A stretch of 64,000 nt of DNA from Geosiphon pyriformis uo1 (GCA_016748015.1 JAAOMT010000664.1:380715-444714); one strand, 5' to 3'. Shown: positions 1 through 14,699, numbered from the stretch's first letter. The notes: generated by a model from the sequence alone, not told the origin. Program-made: numbers and translations.

Positions 1-1625
1 CAAGACTGCTTTCAATGTGAACCAAACATTTTTCCAAATCATCTGCAGTAGAAGAGAGAGATTTACCAACATTGTCAGAACCAAGAAGCAAACCAGCACC
101 ATGAGAATTGCACACTGGAGGAGCACCAACAACTAATGCCCAGGTCTTATCACTAAAGTCAATGGACAAGAAATGAGCACGGATTTTCAAGCATAGATAG
201 TCACCAATCTGACCTAATCCTGAGCAGAAAGAGATGCCTTTCTGCCTCTCAGGGTTGAACCAACCTTAACTGAAACACAATTGAGAGATATGTAACCAAA
301 AAGACCACAGACCGAACACAGTGTCAAAGAGAGACGGAACCAGCAAAGGCCAATTTCCTTTATAATTGGAGTTGCAGCCATTGCACTAACCAGATCAAAT
401 TCAGACCTGAAGCAAACAGTAGCACAGCAAGCACAGGCATAGTTAACAGGATTACAATCAATAACACATGTTTTCCCACCAACCAAACCAATGAAATCCT
501 AAAGGTCATGAGCATTTGTTCTCATAGGAAGAGTGTATAGCAGTGTCCTGAATTTGTCTCTGGAATCCCATGTCTGTTTGTTAACATCGGCTCTAGTTAC
601 ACGTACTGCATCCTTTCCAATGAGGATAGACTATTTGGATGCCAAAAAATCAGCCTGAATCTGATCTTCTAATTTGATAATCACTTTTTGCCACAGACCC
701 ACGAGTTGCATCTTGATCGACTTAATCAATCCAAACTCGGACACAGCAGCACACACAGCCTCCACAGAAGTTCCTACAGGAATTTCTTTTATCACAATTG
801 CCTGATCCATATGGTTGTTTAAAGGATGCTTGAGATCGGTGTTTACCATAACACCATGATTATTTGCCAATTTCTTGGCAGCCATCATTGCCTTTTCTGA
901 AGTGAAAGTCACACAAATAATTCCACCAAATTTTGAGGGAGTAGAAGCCCCCCCAAAACCATTCACACTTGAAAAAATTTTCCTGATAAAACTCAATTTT
1001 TCCTGAGAGGACTTCCCAGTGATGGTCACAAAATCAATATCTAAAACAAAGGATTTGCAAACAGATACTTAAACAGTCGGTTTGATAGGTAGAGGGAGTG
1101 GGAGAAGAGAGAAATTGTCTAACACGTCATTATCTGTATTGACAGTACCATAATCAATTACACCCAGAGGCTTCCCTAACATCTTTTTGGTCTTTACACA
1201 TAAACCCTTTGGTGTCTGATTAGGATCCTCTTCCATAAAAGCACCACCCTTACCATAGTCAATACTGGTTTCTTTAACCAAGCACTCCTCTTTCATGTTA
1301 ATACTCTCAGACTCAGTAGTGTCACCTGTCTCAGAACTTCATGAACGAGCACCAGGAGCTTCAGCAACAATTTTTCTATTATCAATACCCTCTGCCAATA
1401 CACCTTCCTTCCTCTTCTTTCTTGACACAACTGTCTTGAAACCACTCTCAGAACCAGAAACTTTAATAGTCTTCTTTATAACAGCAATAACAGAGCCAAC
1501 AGTGGCCTTGTAATCAAAGAACAGTTTTGATTTATTATACTAAATAATAAAAAAACTTCTTTCGAAAAAACTTTTAACTCTTTTTTGGAAATTTTGGATG
1601 AAGGAGAGAAAGAAGTTTTTTTTAC
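1..1625 (-). mobile_element. LINE copy E: 5' UTR and decayed ORF1 (RRM-like domains), continues beyond the window start
   Basis: ORFs 1069-1296, 631-1029 and 214-486 (VIKEIPVGTS..SEFGLIKSIKMQLVGLWQK; VGGKTCVID) align with LINE A ORF1 at 41100-42900; 5' end 1495-1620 matches 42920-43045. Confidence 0.85.
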
Positions 1626-3062
1626 ATTTTTTTTGGCATAAAAAAATATAAGATATAATTAGTTTTTTATAAATAATATATATTTAAAATATTTTTTGCC
1701 AAATAAATTTACAAAAACAGATATATTATATTTTAAAACAAAGTATTTAAAGTAATTATATTTATTACAGTAAACTAAATTCAATTTAATTCAAAAAAAA
1801 TTAACACTATTAAATACAAAAATAATACAAAATATTTAATTTAAATTTATTTTAAATTTAAAATAAACAATTATATAATAAAGTTTAATATTTATAATAA
1901 ATAATCTATTAATAACACAAATTTTTTTATTCATTCTATTTAATAGTAAACCCAAATTATATACAGTTATTCTTATAAACAATATAAATAATAATATTTT
2001 AAACCAATATTTAAAATTCTAAGTTATATAATTTATAATAGTTTTTGGTTATATATAAGTTTTTTTAATTAATATAAACTATTTAGATGTCAAAATATTA
2101 GCTTAATCTAATTTAACAAATTTTATCATAGCTTTCTGTTATAATTTAATAAACTGCAATTAAATTGATATTATTCAATTATATTTAAATAAGACCAAAA
2201 TAATTTTTTTTTAATTATATCTAAAAGAATTTTTTTTACTATCACAATTTAATCTAAATGAAATTTATATTTTTTAAAATCATTATTAATTTAAATATTA
2301 TTTTTGTTAACCAATAATACTGTTTGCTTTAAATTATTTTTTGATATAAATATAAATTAAATGATTTTTTTAAACTTTAAGAAAATAGTAATCCTTTAAA
2401 TCATTTATTTTTATTTTTAGAAAGAAATTAAAAGAAAAAAAAGTCATTTTTTTTTAATATCAAAGTTGTAAAAAAAACTGTTATTAATATATTTAATTTT
2501 GAATGTTTTAGAAGTTTAAAAACTTTTTGTTTTTATTGTCAACATTATATCTAATATTAAAAATTAAAAAAGTTTTTTTAGTATTATTTAAGTTTGTATT
2601 TATATTTTTAAATTAATTAATATTATATATAAGTAGCTTATATTTTAAATTTATTTTATTATTAAAATGTTTTATTTTGTTAATAAACATTTTTAATTTT
2701 TATATTAAATTATTATTAATAAAAACTAAAATAATATCTTTAGCTAACTTTTTTTGTTTATAATATTACTAATAATAATTATTAAAGCAATAATAAAAAA
2801 ATTTGTAATTAATAAATATTAAAAAAAAACAATACTAATAAATTAAATAAAACAAAAAACAAAAAAATTTTTTTTATAACTTTTTATAATATATTTTATT
2901 TAACAAGATAATAAAAAATTGTAAATATTGATAAACATAAACTTATTTAATATACAATAAATTTTTTTTAATATAATTTTAAGTATAAAATTAAACAACC
3001 AAATATATTTTTTATAATTAATTATTAAATCTTAAACAAAATTAATATTACAAATATTATGT

Positions 3063-3749
3063 TGTTACAGATTAGAGTAACAAACTAATAGATAACAAAA
3101 AAAACAGGATTGTATGATGATAAAATAGATTAAAGAAGAATTTAACTTTTAAAGAACAAATTAAATGAGTATAGATTTAATATGTAAAATCAATCTCATA
3201 AAATATCTTAGTTACTAATTTTTTCAAAAGATAATCAGAAAATTTGAAAATAAAAGAATAGTTTGTACTTTTAACAAATAATAATATACTAATATAATTT
3301 TATGTCTTATATTAGTGCTTTTAGAATTTAATATTAGATATTAGATGTATTCTTTAGTTATATCTTATTTAATAATCTTTAAATACTCTAATTATATAAT
3401 TCAGAAAAAGAGTGGGTAAATACTAACAAGTAATTTTTTATTTCAAAATGTTTAGATATTTGAAGATAAGAAAAAAAAAATAAGTAATAAAAAAAATTGA
3501 GATAATAGTTGTTATTTTATTTATTCTTAATCAATTGCTACATATTTTTCTATAGCTAAAAAACTTATCACTTATATAGTTATTAAAAGTGATTAATAAT
3601 CAGATCAATAATCAGGTTAATAATTAAATCAATAATTAAATTAATGGTCAAATTATTAATTACTATCTAAAAATAGGGTGGTTAATTATGTGACATCAAT
3701 AATTAATACAAATAATAATTAAAAAAAACTATAAATTTTAACCATAATA
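3063..3749 (-). repeat. Old, strongly AT-eroded family-B Gypsy 3' LTR
   Basis: TGTTACAGATTAGAGTAACAAAC...ACCATAATA colinear with LTR 17989-18630; shares CTATCTAAAAATAGGGTGG.TAATTAT.TGACATCA. Confidence 0.85.
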
Positions 3750-4140
3750 TCATCTTCTTTAAAGAAATTGAGCTTTAATAAAATCAAGCTATTAATGGGA
3801 TATTCTATTTAATATATTTTATTTAACTCAAAGCTAACTAGTTTGTTAAAGTTTTTTGTAAATAAGGTATATAATATCTAAAGTTGTTTTCTTTATAAAT
3901 TTTATATCTTCTATAATTTTATTAAGTTAACTATAAAACTCTAATTGTTTTTCATATGACAAATTTTTGTCTATGGACAAAATTTTTTTAATTGTTTTTC
4001 CAAGTATATTGAAAGATAATAATATGCTTATTGTTATGCTTTTAAATATATATTTATCTATTTTACTACCAATTTTTTTTTCTGGTAATGGTTTTCTTTG
4101 GTCTAATAACAGTATGTGTTTTATTGTTATTAGTATTATT
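3750..4140 (-). pseudogene. Relic of family-B 3' accessory ORF (ORF3)
   Basis: Colinear with 18631-19140 (e.g. AAATCAAGCTATT, TTGTCTATGG.CAA.ATT) with internal deletions. Confidence 0.8.
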
Positions 4141-4149
4141 TATAGAAAA

Positions 4150-4695
4150 AAAGTACAAAAAAAAAATAAAAAAAACAGATAGTAAAAATAGGCCAATAAA
4201 AAAATAGTATTTAATAAGTTAATTTTCAGTGACTTTAAATATTGTAATAATTGTAATTTTATTTATAATTTACTATTATGTATAATCTATTTAATTTCTA
4301 AAGAGAAAAAACCAATTAGTAAGTACATTTTGGAATCAGAATTGAAATTTAATTGCAATTCAGACTTTAATAATAATGACAACAACAGTTTAACTCCATT
4401 TACAATAACAATAATAACAACAACAATAATTTAAACTCTAATTACAGCTTCAAACAATATATCGCATTTTTAAATCTTTTAAAAGAGCAAAAACTTAAAT
4501 GATTTAACAATAATAATAAAGATATTATGCCAAAATATACATATTATGCCAGAATATTCATATAATACTAACACAAAATTTGATCTCAAATATCCAAAAA
4601 AAACTACCATTAGATTGAAACTTTACTTGTATACTAATATAAATTTAGAAGATTTAGAAGATCTTAACAGAGCTTTATATTAAAAAAAAGAATAA
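4150..4695 (+). pseudogene. Old family-A Gypsy fragment: end of Cys-rich domain and start of dUTPase, deletion-joined to the 3' end/PPT
   Basis: Translates as YCNNCNFIYNL..KPIS and TKFDLKYP, matching 15300-15710; ends in AAAAAAAAGAATAA before the LTR. Confidence 0.75.
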
Positions 4696-5549
4696 TGTTA
4701 CTTATAGAAAGTAAAAATTATAATAATAAGTAAAATAGCCAATCAGAAATAGACATAATAAAAAAAGAAATTCTAAGATTTTTTTTAAGAAATTGCAGAA
4801 TTTCAGAATTTTTCTCAAGAAATTACAGGATTTTAAGAAATCTCATATAATATAAATTATATATATATAGTAAAAATATTAAAAGCAGAAAAAATAATTT
4901 CAGAAAAATTTAATAAAATAAATAAAATTAAATTTAGTTTAAAATCAATAATATTTCTTTCTTTAAAAAATAATTTTCTATAACTTGAAGTAGAATTATT
5001 CTTATATTAATAAAATTATTTATTATCATTCAATTCATATTATTATTATTACTTGATTAAAAAAATATTAATTACTTCTATATTATCAACATTTTATGTT
5101 AATAAAATTCAATACTTAATCATACTAAACCAATAGTTCTTGATCATGACTATTGACAAAATATTAATTTTTTATTTTTTTATATTATTTTTTATTTATT
5201 TTTTATTTATTTTCTTTTGTTTTATTTTTTTGTTATTTACTAATTAATTAAAAAGATTAAGCACTGTATATTTGACATCAAAAATAGTCTAATAAGAGAC
5301 CTGAAAACAAGAGTAGAAATTTAAGAATAGCTTACCAGAAAGACATAACTGTCAAAATAAACTGGCCACTACACTAAAAAAAGAAATTTACAGAAAAAAC
5401 CATTAATTAAATCTCTATTTATTATACAAAAAACTTAACCAAAATCTTTAAACTCCAAAATTTTCAGAAATTACAGATATTTCTAGCTATTAAACACTAA
5501 ATTATGAGTTTGTTATTTGTTTTAATACCCCAAATAATTACTTATAACA
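4696..5549 (+). repeat. Old family-A 3' LTR
   Basis: TGTTAC...TAACA termini; AGCCAATCAG, GAATT/CAG repeats, TATATATAG and CAATAGTTCTTGATCATGACTATTG blocks shared with other family-A LTRs. Confidence 0.85.
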
Positions 5550-5689
5550 ATGCCCATATTATATTTTCTTAATATTAGCTTAAGTGGTTTTTATTATTGT
5601 TTTGAGCTGAATTTTTAGTCAAAAAGTTTAAAAAAAAATTACATTTACCCTTTTTTTATATAAATTTATTATTAATTTTATTAGTTATA

Positions 5690-7150
5690 ACTTAATTTTT
5701 TTAATAGCTTTTTGCTATTATCTTTAATAATATTACAAATAATAATGCTTTTATAAAAGAGTTAGTAAGAAAATTAGAAGAAAAAAACATTCAATAAAAC
5801 TTAAAAAATTTTCAATTTTAATGCTTTAATTATCTTTTAAACTTGGCAGTACAGATAGTTTTAAATAAAATAAAAGATAATTTTTTCAAGATATTTGTTA
5901 AAAACCCAAACTGAATATATTTATCTGAAATTTTTTTAATATAAACTTTGCATAAATTAAAGATTAGAAAACTTAACTTTGTAATTTGTACTTTACTTTA
6001 ATGTTTTAAACTCCTTGAATACACCTGTAATATATGTTAAATTAAATACTATAAACCTATTTTAAATTGTTTCATTTAATAAAATTTTACTTATAACATA
6101 ATTAGAAATAGATTATCTTTTAAATTGGAAGATTATTTATTATTAATTTTGTATATTTTAAATACAAAAATTTTAACTGTAAATTATAGACATTAAACAC
6201 CCTTATTAGTACTCATATTGACTTTTATCAATATATTATTTTACATAATTAATAGACTGTTTTAATAAAATTACTAAATTTCTTGAATTATTTAAGAATA
6301 TTATGTCAAAATATTAGCCAGTTTAAATAATACTGTCTTTTCAATTATTCTCTTCTTTAATATTATTCTTAATTATGTCGAAAACACAGTTGATAATAAT
6401 AAATCTGGTAAAGTATTATAATTTTGATTGTATTTATTTAGTTATTTATTTAACATATTTAATATTAGATCTATTATTTGTTGCAGCAGTTAGGGCAGCA
6501 AGAGAAAAATTAATTGAATATTACTTTAAAATAAATACAACTGTAATACTTTATATTGTATTGAATTTAAGAAAAAATTTTATTATTTTACAAAAAAAAA
6601 TTTTTTGGATGATAATATTAATAAAATAAAAGAATTGTAAGTTATTAATTTATTTAAATAGTTTTATTTTTTAATTTTTACATAATAAATAAATCTTTAG
6701 AATATGTACTTTCTTTGAAACAAAGTACATACTAAACATTATACCAACATTAAATAACAGTTTTTTGTTGAATAACAATTTTAATAATACTATAGTATTA
6801 GTTACATAATTTATATTAGAGACAAACTTGATAAAATTAATTATTATATTTCTGAAAAAATGGCCAATAGAAAAATAAATATAATGGTATAATAAAGATA
6901 TATTAAAAAAAATATTTATTTAAATTAAATATTTTATTAATAATTTAATATTTAAACATATCAAACACAATTTTCTTGTTTTATATGTATGGCTCATAAT
7001 TATTTAACAATCTAAGAATTATTTGTTGTTACTGAACATGCTTTTTCTACAGGTAAAAATATAATTATAGATATAAGATCTTATTTAGTGTCTAAAATTA
7101 TAAGAACAACATAGTGTTTTTAATTATGGATGTAAAAACTATTGAAAAAA
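5690..7150 (+). pseudogene. Decayed hAT-family DNA transposase (catalytic core and C-terminal dimerisation domain)
   Basis: FAIIFNNITNN (decayed TxDNAxN), CFNYLLNLAVQ (CxxH-LNL motif, ~5822-5855), KPILNCFI**NFTYN (decayed DxxTRWNSTY, ~6050-6100), MAHNYLTI..TEHAFSTGKNII..KIIRTT*CF*LW (~6990-7130). Confidence 0.85.
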
Positions 7151-7189
7151 AATTAAATAATAATATAATATAATATAATATTTTTAATA

Positions 7190-7390
7190 GTTGAATCTGA
7201 ACATGTTTATAAACTTCGAACTGAATTTGAACCAAACTTGTTACATGTATTTGAATTCAGTTTAAGTTCAATAATTTTAAGTTTGGTTTAAGTTTAAGCT
7301 CAAAATTTTCCCAAATTTTCTGTTCAAGTTTAGTTTAGTTCAGTAATTTAATTAAACTTAAACCAAACTGAACCAAACATCAGAACTTTA
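7190..7390. repeat. Subterminal GAAC(T/C)/GTTC repeat array, probable right end of the hAT element
   Basis: Many CTGAAC/CCAAAC and GTTCA/GTTTA units in both orientations directly after the transposase end; matching left TIR not found. Confidence 0.6.
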
Positions 7391-7399
7391 GTTAAAAAA

Positions 7400-8519
7400 A
7401 AGTGTCTAAACCCAAATTTTTGTTATTTATCTTGGCCAGCAGATTCATAATTATATCTAATAAATTGTTTATTTTATTTTCAAATCTTTTAATAGTAAAT
7501 TGATCCAAAAATCTTACTTTTACTATAGTCTTACCACTAGTGACTACACCTAAACTCTTATTTATTACTATATCTATTCTTTAATTCTATAATAAAGAAA
7601 TTACCAACAGTTAATATTCAAAGTTAAGCTGAAAAGCTATTGGTTTAAGTACATCTAATCTTTTAGCCAGCTTGTTAATTTACTCTATAAGGCTAGTAAG
7701 ACTGCATTCAAGAGCAACAAACCTATTATTTATTTTCAAAGAAATCAGCAGAAAAGATTTAACATCCAAAAATAAACCAGTACCAAAAAAAATCAAAAGT
7801 ACTATATAAAAGTAAAACTATTAGCAATTTAAGCCCAAGTTTTTCCACCAAATGAAACTGAACAAACAATTGGCATCTGTTTTTTTATATATATTTGCCA
7901 AACAAATCTAATCCTGAAAGTTAACCACCCACTTATTATGTTTAGCCAAATTCTTATCTATTAAACACATATTAAAAACATAGTCAAATTGTTTGTACTA
8001 AGTACAATAGACCAAAAAAAGACCAGCCCAATGTAGATTTACACTCTTAAAAACTGAAATAGAACTAATAACAGCTTTTTTTGATGTCTCATTAGCAAAA
8101 CAAACCACAACATATTTGTTATATATGTAAGAAACTGAATTGTAGTCAATAGAACAAATTTTTCTATTATATGATTCTAACAAACCAGAAAAATTATAAG
8201 CAGTAGTACCAATTGGCAAAATATACAGCAAAGTTTAATACTAATCTTTAAATATTTACATTTGTTTATTATTAATAGTCTTTGCTACATAAACAAAGTT
8301 CTTTCTTATAAGAACAGACTACTTGACTACAATTAAATTAGTAATTTTAACTGACTTAAACTCTATCAAGACTTTTTCCAAAGACCAATAAATTGTATTT
8401 TAATTGATATAATCTTACCAAATTTGGAAAAAACTGATTTTACAACTGATTTAAGAAAATTGACTGGAATCTCTTTGACAATTATTTTTTAATTTATATA
8501 GTTGTTTGTTTTTTTAATT
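7400..8519 (-). mobile_element. LINE copy C, 3' part of ORF1 (host of LINE A)
   Basis: IKKTNN..IIVKEIPVNFLKSVV and LYILPIGTTAY..SVNLHWAG (7998-8231); continues the reading interrupted at 43047. Confidence 0.75.
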
Positions 8520-10739
8520 TTTTTTTATTCAGTTTAATAAGTACAGCCCAATCATTATCTAGTATACAAAGTCAAAACTGTAGACCCCAGCTAGACATGA
8601 TTTATGTATTTACTACATATAACTAATTACTCAAACTAATTAAAACAACATTACACACTTATATAAACCAAGACCATATTATTCAAACCAAAAAAAAACA
8701 AACAAGGCTTATGGAAACCAAAACTGACTTCAAAAGAATCATCAATACCAATCAACCTAATCACACCATCCAACAAACCTTGCATTGAGCTACAACACAC
8801 CACTGGCAATACTTCCAAATTACTGACCAAATTGTTCTTTTTTATGTTAGCTCTAAATCTGAATCTGAATCTCTACAACTCAAAACAGTGATGCACATCT
8901 ATGTTTTACACAAAATCAATTAAAACCCATACAGTCTTTTTGTGATCCTCAAATATCCACATAGCTTCCTCAAACTACTTTACTAACACAAAGTCTTTGT
9001 AAAAAAGAACATATAAGCCAATATCAGATACACACAAAAGAAGATATTCTATGACTATAAAAGTAGTCAAAAGACGAGAACCAGCCAAAGATCTTTAAAC
9101 TGACATACACTCAAACAAAATTTCCTTATGGAAAACAGATTCTTTGCTGCAAGTAAATACATGATTAGAGAATTCAACTTTATTACAATGTAAACACAAA
9201 ACACCAGAATAGCTCCTGTCATAAAGCCTTTTTCTAACTGTAATAGGCAGTCTGTCATACACAGTCTTTATAAAATAGGAGTGCAAACCAGCCAAAGTTC
9301 TATTCATCAAACCAGACAGCATATCTGAATTTGAATGCCAAATGGTCACAGTTCTAATCCAATCAATATTACAAACTGAAAAGCTATTCAGAATCTTAGA
9401 ACCAAAACCAACTTCTCAGTATATGCAATTCACAGATCTAAAAATGTCCTGGAAAAAGTGCCAAACATTACCAAAAATTGGCATGCCATTGGCCATCAAA
9501 AAGCATTCATGCATGTTAGTTGGCAGCAGCAAAAAAGAATAAGCAGAAATGCTTGCCAACGCATCTGCACAAACATTATCCAATACACCAGAGTGTTCTT
9601 TAACCTTAAACCAGCTTATAGAAATGTCTTTATAAACAACCAAATTTACAATATGTCTTTTTTCTATTTAATAACAATTATAAAAATTAGGGCCATCCAT
9701 TTCCAACTCCAAAACACATGCATGTAAAACAGCTTAACTGTCCAAGCACATCTCCATTAAACAAGAAGAAGATACACATTCCAACACCAAGACAATAGCC
9801 TGCAACTCAGCCATTATAGAGAATAAAAGATCCACAACTCTAATCCCAATGCCTAATCCAATCTTAGGAAAAAATGCCATAGCATCTTCAGCCACATTAA
9901 CAGAATCAAGTCCTTTCAAAGAGCTGTCCATAAAAACAAAAATAGAACCTAATCAAACCTCAAGCAGACTATTCTTAACATCAAAAAATTGATTCAAAAG
10001 CAAAACATCATTGACATTTATTATAGAATTACTACTAGAAGATATTGACAAAAGAACTACATCATGAAAAAATCTTAATACTAAGACAAATCAAGAAGAC
10101 ACAGGTCTTCTGAAATTCAGTTTTTTCTAATACTGGAATGTTTGCCAATTCAGGATTCTACTGTATTTGTCTAAAAGTCTGTTGTAGAAAACCACACCAA
10201 ATCTTTTTAAAAAACTAACCCAATTATAATACAAAAAAGGCCTTAAAACACTAAAAACAAGATACTTGCCAGGACTAAAAAAAGCACAAGGCAAATTGTT
10301 TACCATAGAAATATTATTGTCCAAAAAAATACACACTATTCCAGCCAAAAAATTGTTGAAAAGACCAACATGCAGCCTTACTGAATACTATAAGAGATTC
10401 AGAGAGACCCAATCCAAAACCTGCAAATCCAGAAAATGGTGTTCAAAAAGCTGACCAACAACCCCAAAAGCATTAGAAAAATTAATAACAGAAACAGACT
10501 TTCCCTCAGCTTAAACTTGTTCAAATGTTTTTAGACCATATAGTAAGAAGTGATATAGCATCTTATTCAAAAAATTCCAGAATAAATCAGCTTTTAATTT
10601 GAAACTCTTTTTAACCAGAGCATTCCAGCACTAACAAACAGCAGAAAAAACAAAACTAAACTGAGTATGGTAGCTAACAATAGGCTAAAGAACAGCCAAC
10701 ACCAAATACAAGAATTGCTTGTCTGAAACAGCTTTATAT

Positions 10740-11583
10740 TGTTACTTATAAAATATAGAAAATATATTAGCATATAAATAAGCCAATCAGAAGTAGCCAT
10801 AGTAAATATGGAATTCCAGGATTTCTTTTAGAGGAATTGCAGGATTCCAAGAATTTCAGGATTCTTGTGCAAGAAATTGCAGAATTCCAGAATTTCAAGA
10901 TTTTTCTCAAAGGAATTGCAGAATTACAAAAATTCCAGGATTCCTGATGTGAAAAATTGAGAAATTGAGAAATCTCAATTATGTATATATAGCAGTAGCA
11001 TTAGAAGTAGAAAAGACAAACCTCTTAGTTTAGATATGAAAAAAACAACCTTTTACATCACAAATATTAAATAAATAATTATTCGCTATCTTAATCCACT
11101 TTTACTATTAACACTTTATGATGATAGTAATTGATACTTAACACTACTGGAACAATAGCTCTTGATCACAGCTATTGACAGAATACTAATATGCAATTTG
11201 CCTTGGCTTATTTCTTTTATTTTCTTTTACTTTTTTTGTTATTTCTTTGAATTTAACTAATTAATTAAGAATTAAGTGCTGAATTATTGATGTTAAGGAT
11301 TGCCTGGTAAAAAATTCCTGTAAGTGGCTATAGCATGTAAAGGAATTATAGATTACTTACCAAAGAAGTACTGGCCATCAAGCTGAAGAAAAAAATTGAC
11401 AGAATTGTGATTCTGAGAAGCTACAGATAACCAACTATTAAATCTCTGTTTATTATACAAAGGATTCAACCCAAAACTTTTAGACAAACAACACTTGTAA
11501 ATCCATCATCACAAATAAGCTTTTAAATACCAAGTTATAGGTTTTGTTATTTGATTTGAGACCCCAAATAATTATTTGTAACA
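10740..11583 (+). repeat. A1 5' LTR
   Basis: TGTTAC...GTAACA; CCAAT box ~10783, GGAATTCCAGGATT array 10808-10980, TATATATAG ~10985. Confidence 0.95.
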
Positions 11584-11645
11584 TTTGGTGCTTCTTGTAA
11601 GGTATAATCCTACAAAGAACCAGCACCAACCACAATTATCCAAAA

Positions 11646-14350
11646 GTGGCAAAATCAGAAATCATAGGAGCAAACCATTTAAGATTTGCCAAATCCTTGT
11701 TTCAATAGTACAGCCAACAATTAGAATTAAACAATAACTATTTTCTAGCAGAATCAGCCTTTAACTTTTATGTCAATGATAAAATTACAGACTGCTTAGG
11801 AGGAACAGTTAACATTGAATCCACAAGAGAAAATTTTTATACAGAATTGTTTTAACATACCAGCTTACCAAGAAACTACAGTTTTATACCAATCATCAGG
11901 AAAATTAATCAAACCATTGAAAGGTACACTCAACAACAATTCCCTATTACCTATGCAGACAAAAGCAAGGGAAAATTGCAAACACCAACAGTAATACCAA
12001 AACAGATACAACTACTTACTTGAAAGAAAACCAGAGTTAAATCATCAACCAATCTATCATACCATTATATACCTAGAAGTGCTATTAATATTTCTTCAGC
12101 AGATGCATCCACATCAAACACAATATTAACTTTTGGACAATTCCCATTTCAAAGTAAACAAAGAAGAGCAGAGTTGTTAAGACCATATGGTGAATATTTT
12201 AAAAGATTTAAATTGCAATCACCAATACCATTAGGATTTTGATCACCACCACCTTAACCAGACTTTAAAACCACAAGTTCATGGGAAGTAATAGAATCAG
12301 AAGAAGAAGAAAATGAAGAGCAGGAATTTACTTACCAAAACCCAATTCTAAAAAATCTGGAAGTTGAAACTCTAGACATTCAAATCCAGCAAACTCAAAA
12401 CAATCCAAATTCCGAAACAATTAATCAGTAAAACTTATTTCCAGTAATCATCATTGATCAGCCACCAATTGAACTGATTATTGAACTGATTCAACAGCAG
12501 CCACTTTAGCAACCTATTTAATCACTTCAACAATCCCAGCAGCCATTTTCACAGCCATAATAATAACTTCAACCACTACACCAACAACTAATTGTACCAA
12601 TGACTTATGCTCCAATAGCTAAACTCGAGAAATTCACTGGCAAAGAGAATAATGCCCAGATATGGCTGAATAACATAAAAAAAGCCATCACAACTAATGG
12701 ATGAGATGACATCAGAGCCATGCAAGCCATTCCTTATTTCTTTCAAGATATTACCAACTTATGGTATCAAAGCTTAGCCAATAAACTACAGGATTTTAAT
12801 GTCTTCAAGCTTGCATTCCTACAATACTTTAGAAATAATAATAGTATTAATTGCTTAGCAAATACCTTTACTATTATTAAACAAGAAGAAAATGAAGCAG
12901 TCACCACTTACTTAGAACACTTCTATAAAAATCTGTACCAAATTCAGGCCATATAGGCTGATTATTTTACAGTGCCACAAATCCTGAATCAATTCATTAG
13001 AGGGCTGCACAGTAGCATCTTTCAATATGTATGCCCAATGCATCCAGCAGACCTTTAAGCCATAGTTACAAATACCAGAGATTTTGAAACAGCTGAATTC
13101 AAAGCAAACCATGCCCAAGCCATAAATTTAGTGATGAATGGATCATCTAACTTGGATTCTAAATTGAAGCAATTCAGTGATTCAATTAATCAGAAATTAG
13201 AGGGATACTTAACTGACAATCACACAATTTATCAACTATTACAATAATGCAATAATTCAGAAAACATGAATTGTTTCCAAAATCAGTTACATCTATTATT
13301 ATTATCCAATCAGCCATAGCAGCCAGAAATACGAGTCTGCCACAACTGTGGTAAACAAGGTCACATTAAAGCTAACTGCTATTCTTATAGTAATTCACAA
13401 TTGGGAAATCAATATTGAAACTCCAATTACAGAGTTCAAATCCCGAATTATTACTTAAATTAAGAACAATATTAGTCCACTTACCTGCCAATAATACAAC
13501 AGACAATATATCAACCACTTATATATCAATCTCCAGTTTATCAATCACAGCCACAAGTAATATATCAACCACCACAGCCACAAATAATTTATCAAACTTC
13601 CACAGTTTAAACACCACCATTCAATTCAGCTCAGATAATATCAAAAAACCCTAGATCGAGAGTTACACAAAATTGGAGATCAGCAATAGTTGTTTACCAA
13701 CCAATTTCCAGCTCTTCCACACAATAATTAGAATCACATTCTTGGAATTTGGGAACTGGGCATGTCCAAAACCCAAATTCCCAACACTATTTAAGTTTTC
13801 TGGTTACCCCAGAGGACATCCAACCCAATAACCTGAAAGCTAACCAATAATTAACACTTACCAGCAACATTTTACCAGCTACTATCATCAAGAACAAATT
13901 ACTGGATGCCATCTTTCTATTTGAACTTGAGGAACCATCAACCATGCCGTTGTTTAATGGAGCTGCTCTTGAAGAAAAACCTATTACCACTATGTATACA
14001 CACACCAAAGTTGATGACCATTCTATTAAACTGATCTTAGACAGTAAATCAGCTGGCAGCATTATCACAAGACAACTTATGGACCAATTAAGTCACTGAG
14101 TTGATTAAGCTGTCAGTGCATGAATTATCACTGCTAATAGAGCAACAAAAACTCTAATTGGTGAGATTGATAACTTCTTTATAGAAGTCAATGGCATCAT
14201 TGTGCCAATTAAAGTATTAGTTATGGAAGCCATTTAATATCAAGCATTTGTTGGCAATAACTGGCTGTTTAAAACCAACATGATGCTTGATTGGAATATG
14301 CAGAAGCTTTAACTTAGCCAGAACAGTCAACACACATGCATACCAGTCAT
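11646..14350 (+). pseudogene. A1 gag (unknown N-terminal domain, E/Q/P-rich linker, capsid, CCHC knuckle) and aspartic protease
   Basis: PIAKLEKFTG..AQIWLN..AMQAIPYF capsid; CHNCGKQGHIKANC ~13338-13380; KLILDS.SAGSII ~14028-14065; many transition-derived stops. Confidence 0.9.
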
Positions 14351-14699
14351 GTGTGGCCATTTTAAGACTACTAACATGTTAGCACCACTTATCGAGTTCA
14401 AAGAAGAAGAAAAGAAACCTACCTGGAAAGTCTATCAAATGTCATGAACTGAAGAAGACCATAATGAGCTACTGTCAATACTCTTCTGGAATAACAACAG
14501 AAAAAGAAAACAAAAAGAAGAACTTACCTAGAATACCGACCAAGCTTAAAAAACTGACAATGATTTGGACAACTTATTAACTTGGGAGTGAAAAAAGACT
14601 GACAAGAAAAAAGAAAAAAAAAGGAAGAAGAAACAACACCTACTAGTACCACTTATAATTATTACACTCACACTACACTACAATGATTCACCTATCATC

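Noticed and set aside
1626-3062. Extremely AT-rich block, possibly the left part of the hAT element or another relic
   Set aside because: No interpretable motif or matching TIR could be read; left unassigned
3059-5553. ATGT/ATGC flanks as a TSD for one composite element 3063-5549
   Set aside because: The two LTRs belong to different families in opposite orientation; more likely two relics fused by deletion
10808-10980. GGAATTCC/ATTGCTGAGCAAT arrays as CRISPR or heat-shock elements
   Set aside because: No unique spacers or cas genes; located inside LTR U3; only two-unit TTCnnGAA matches, not canonical three-unit HSEs
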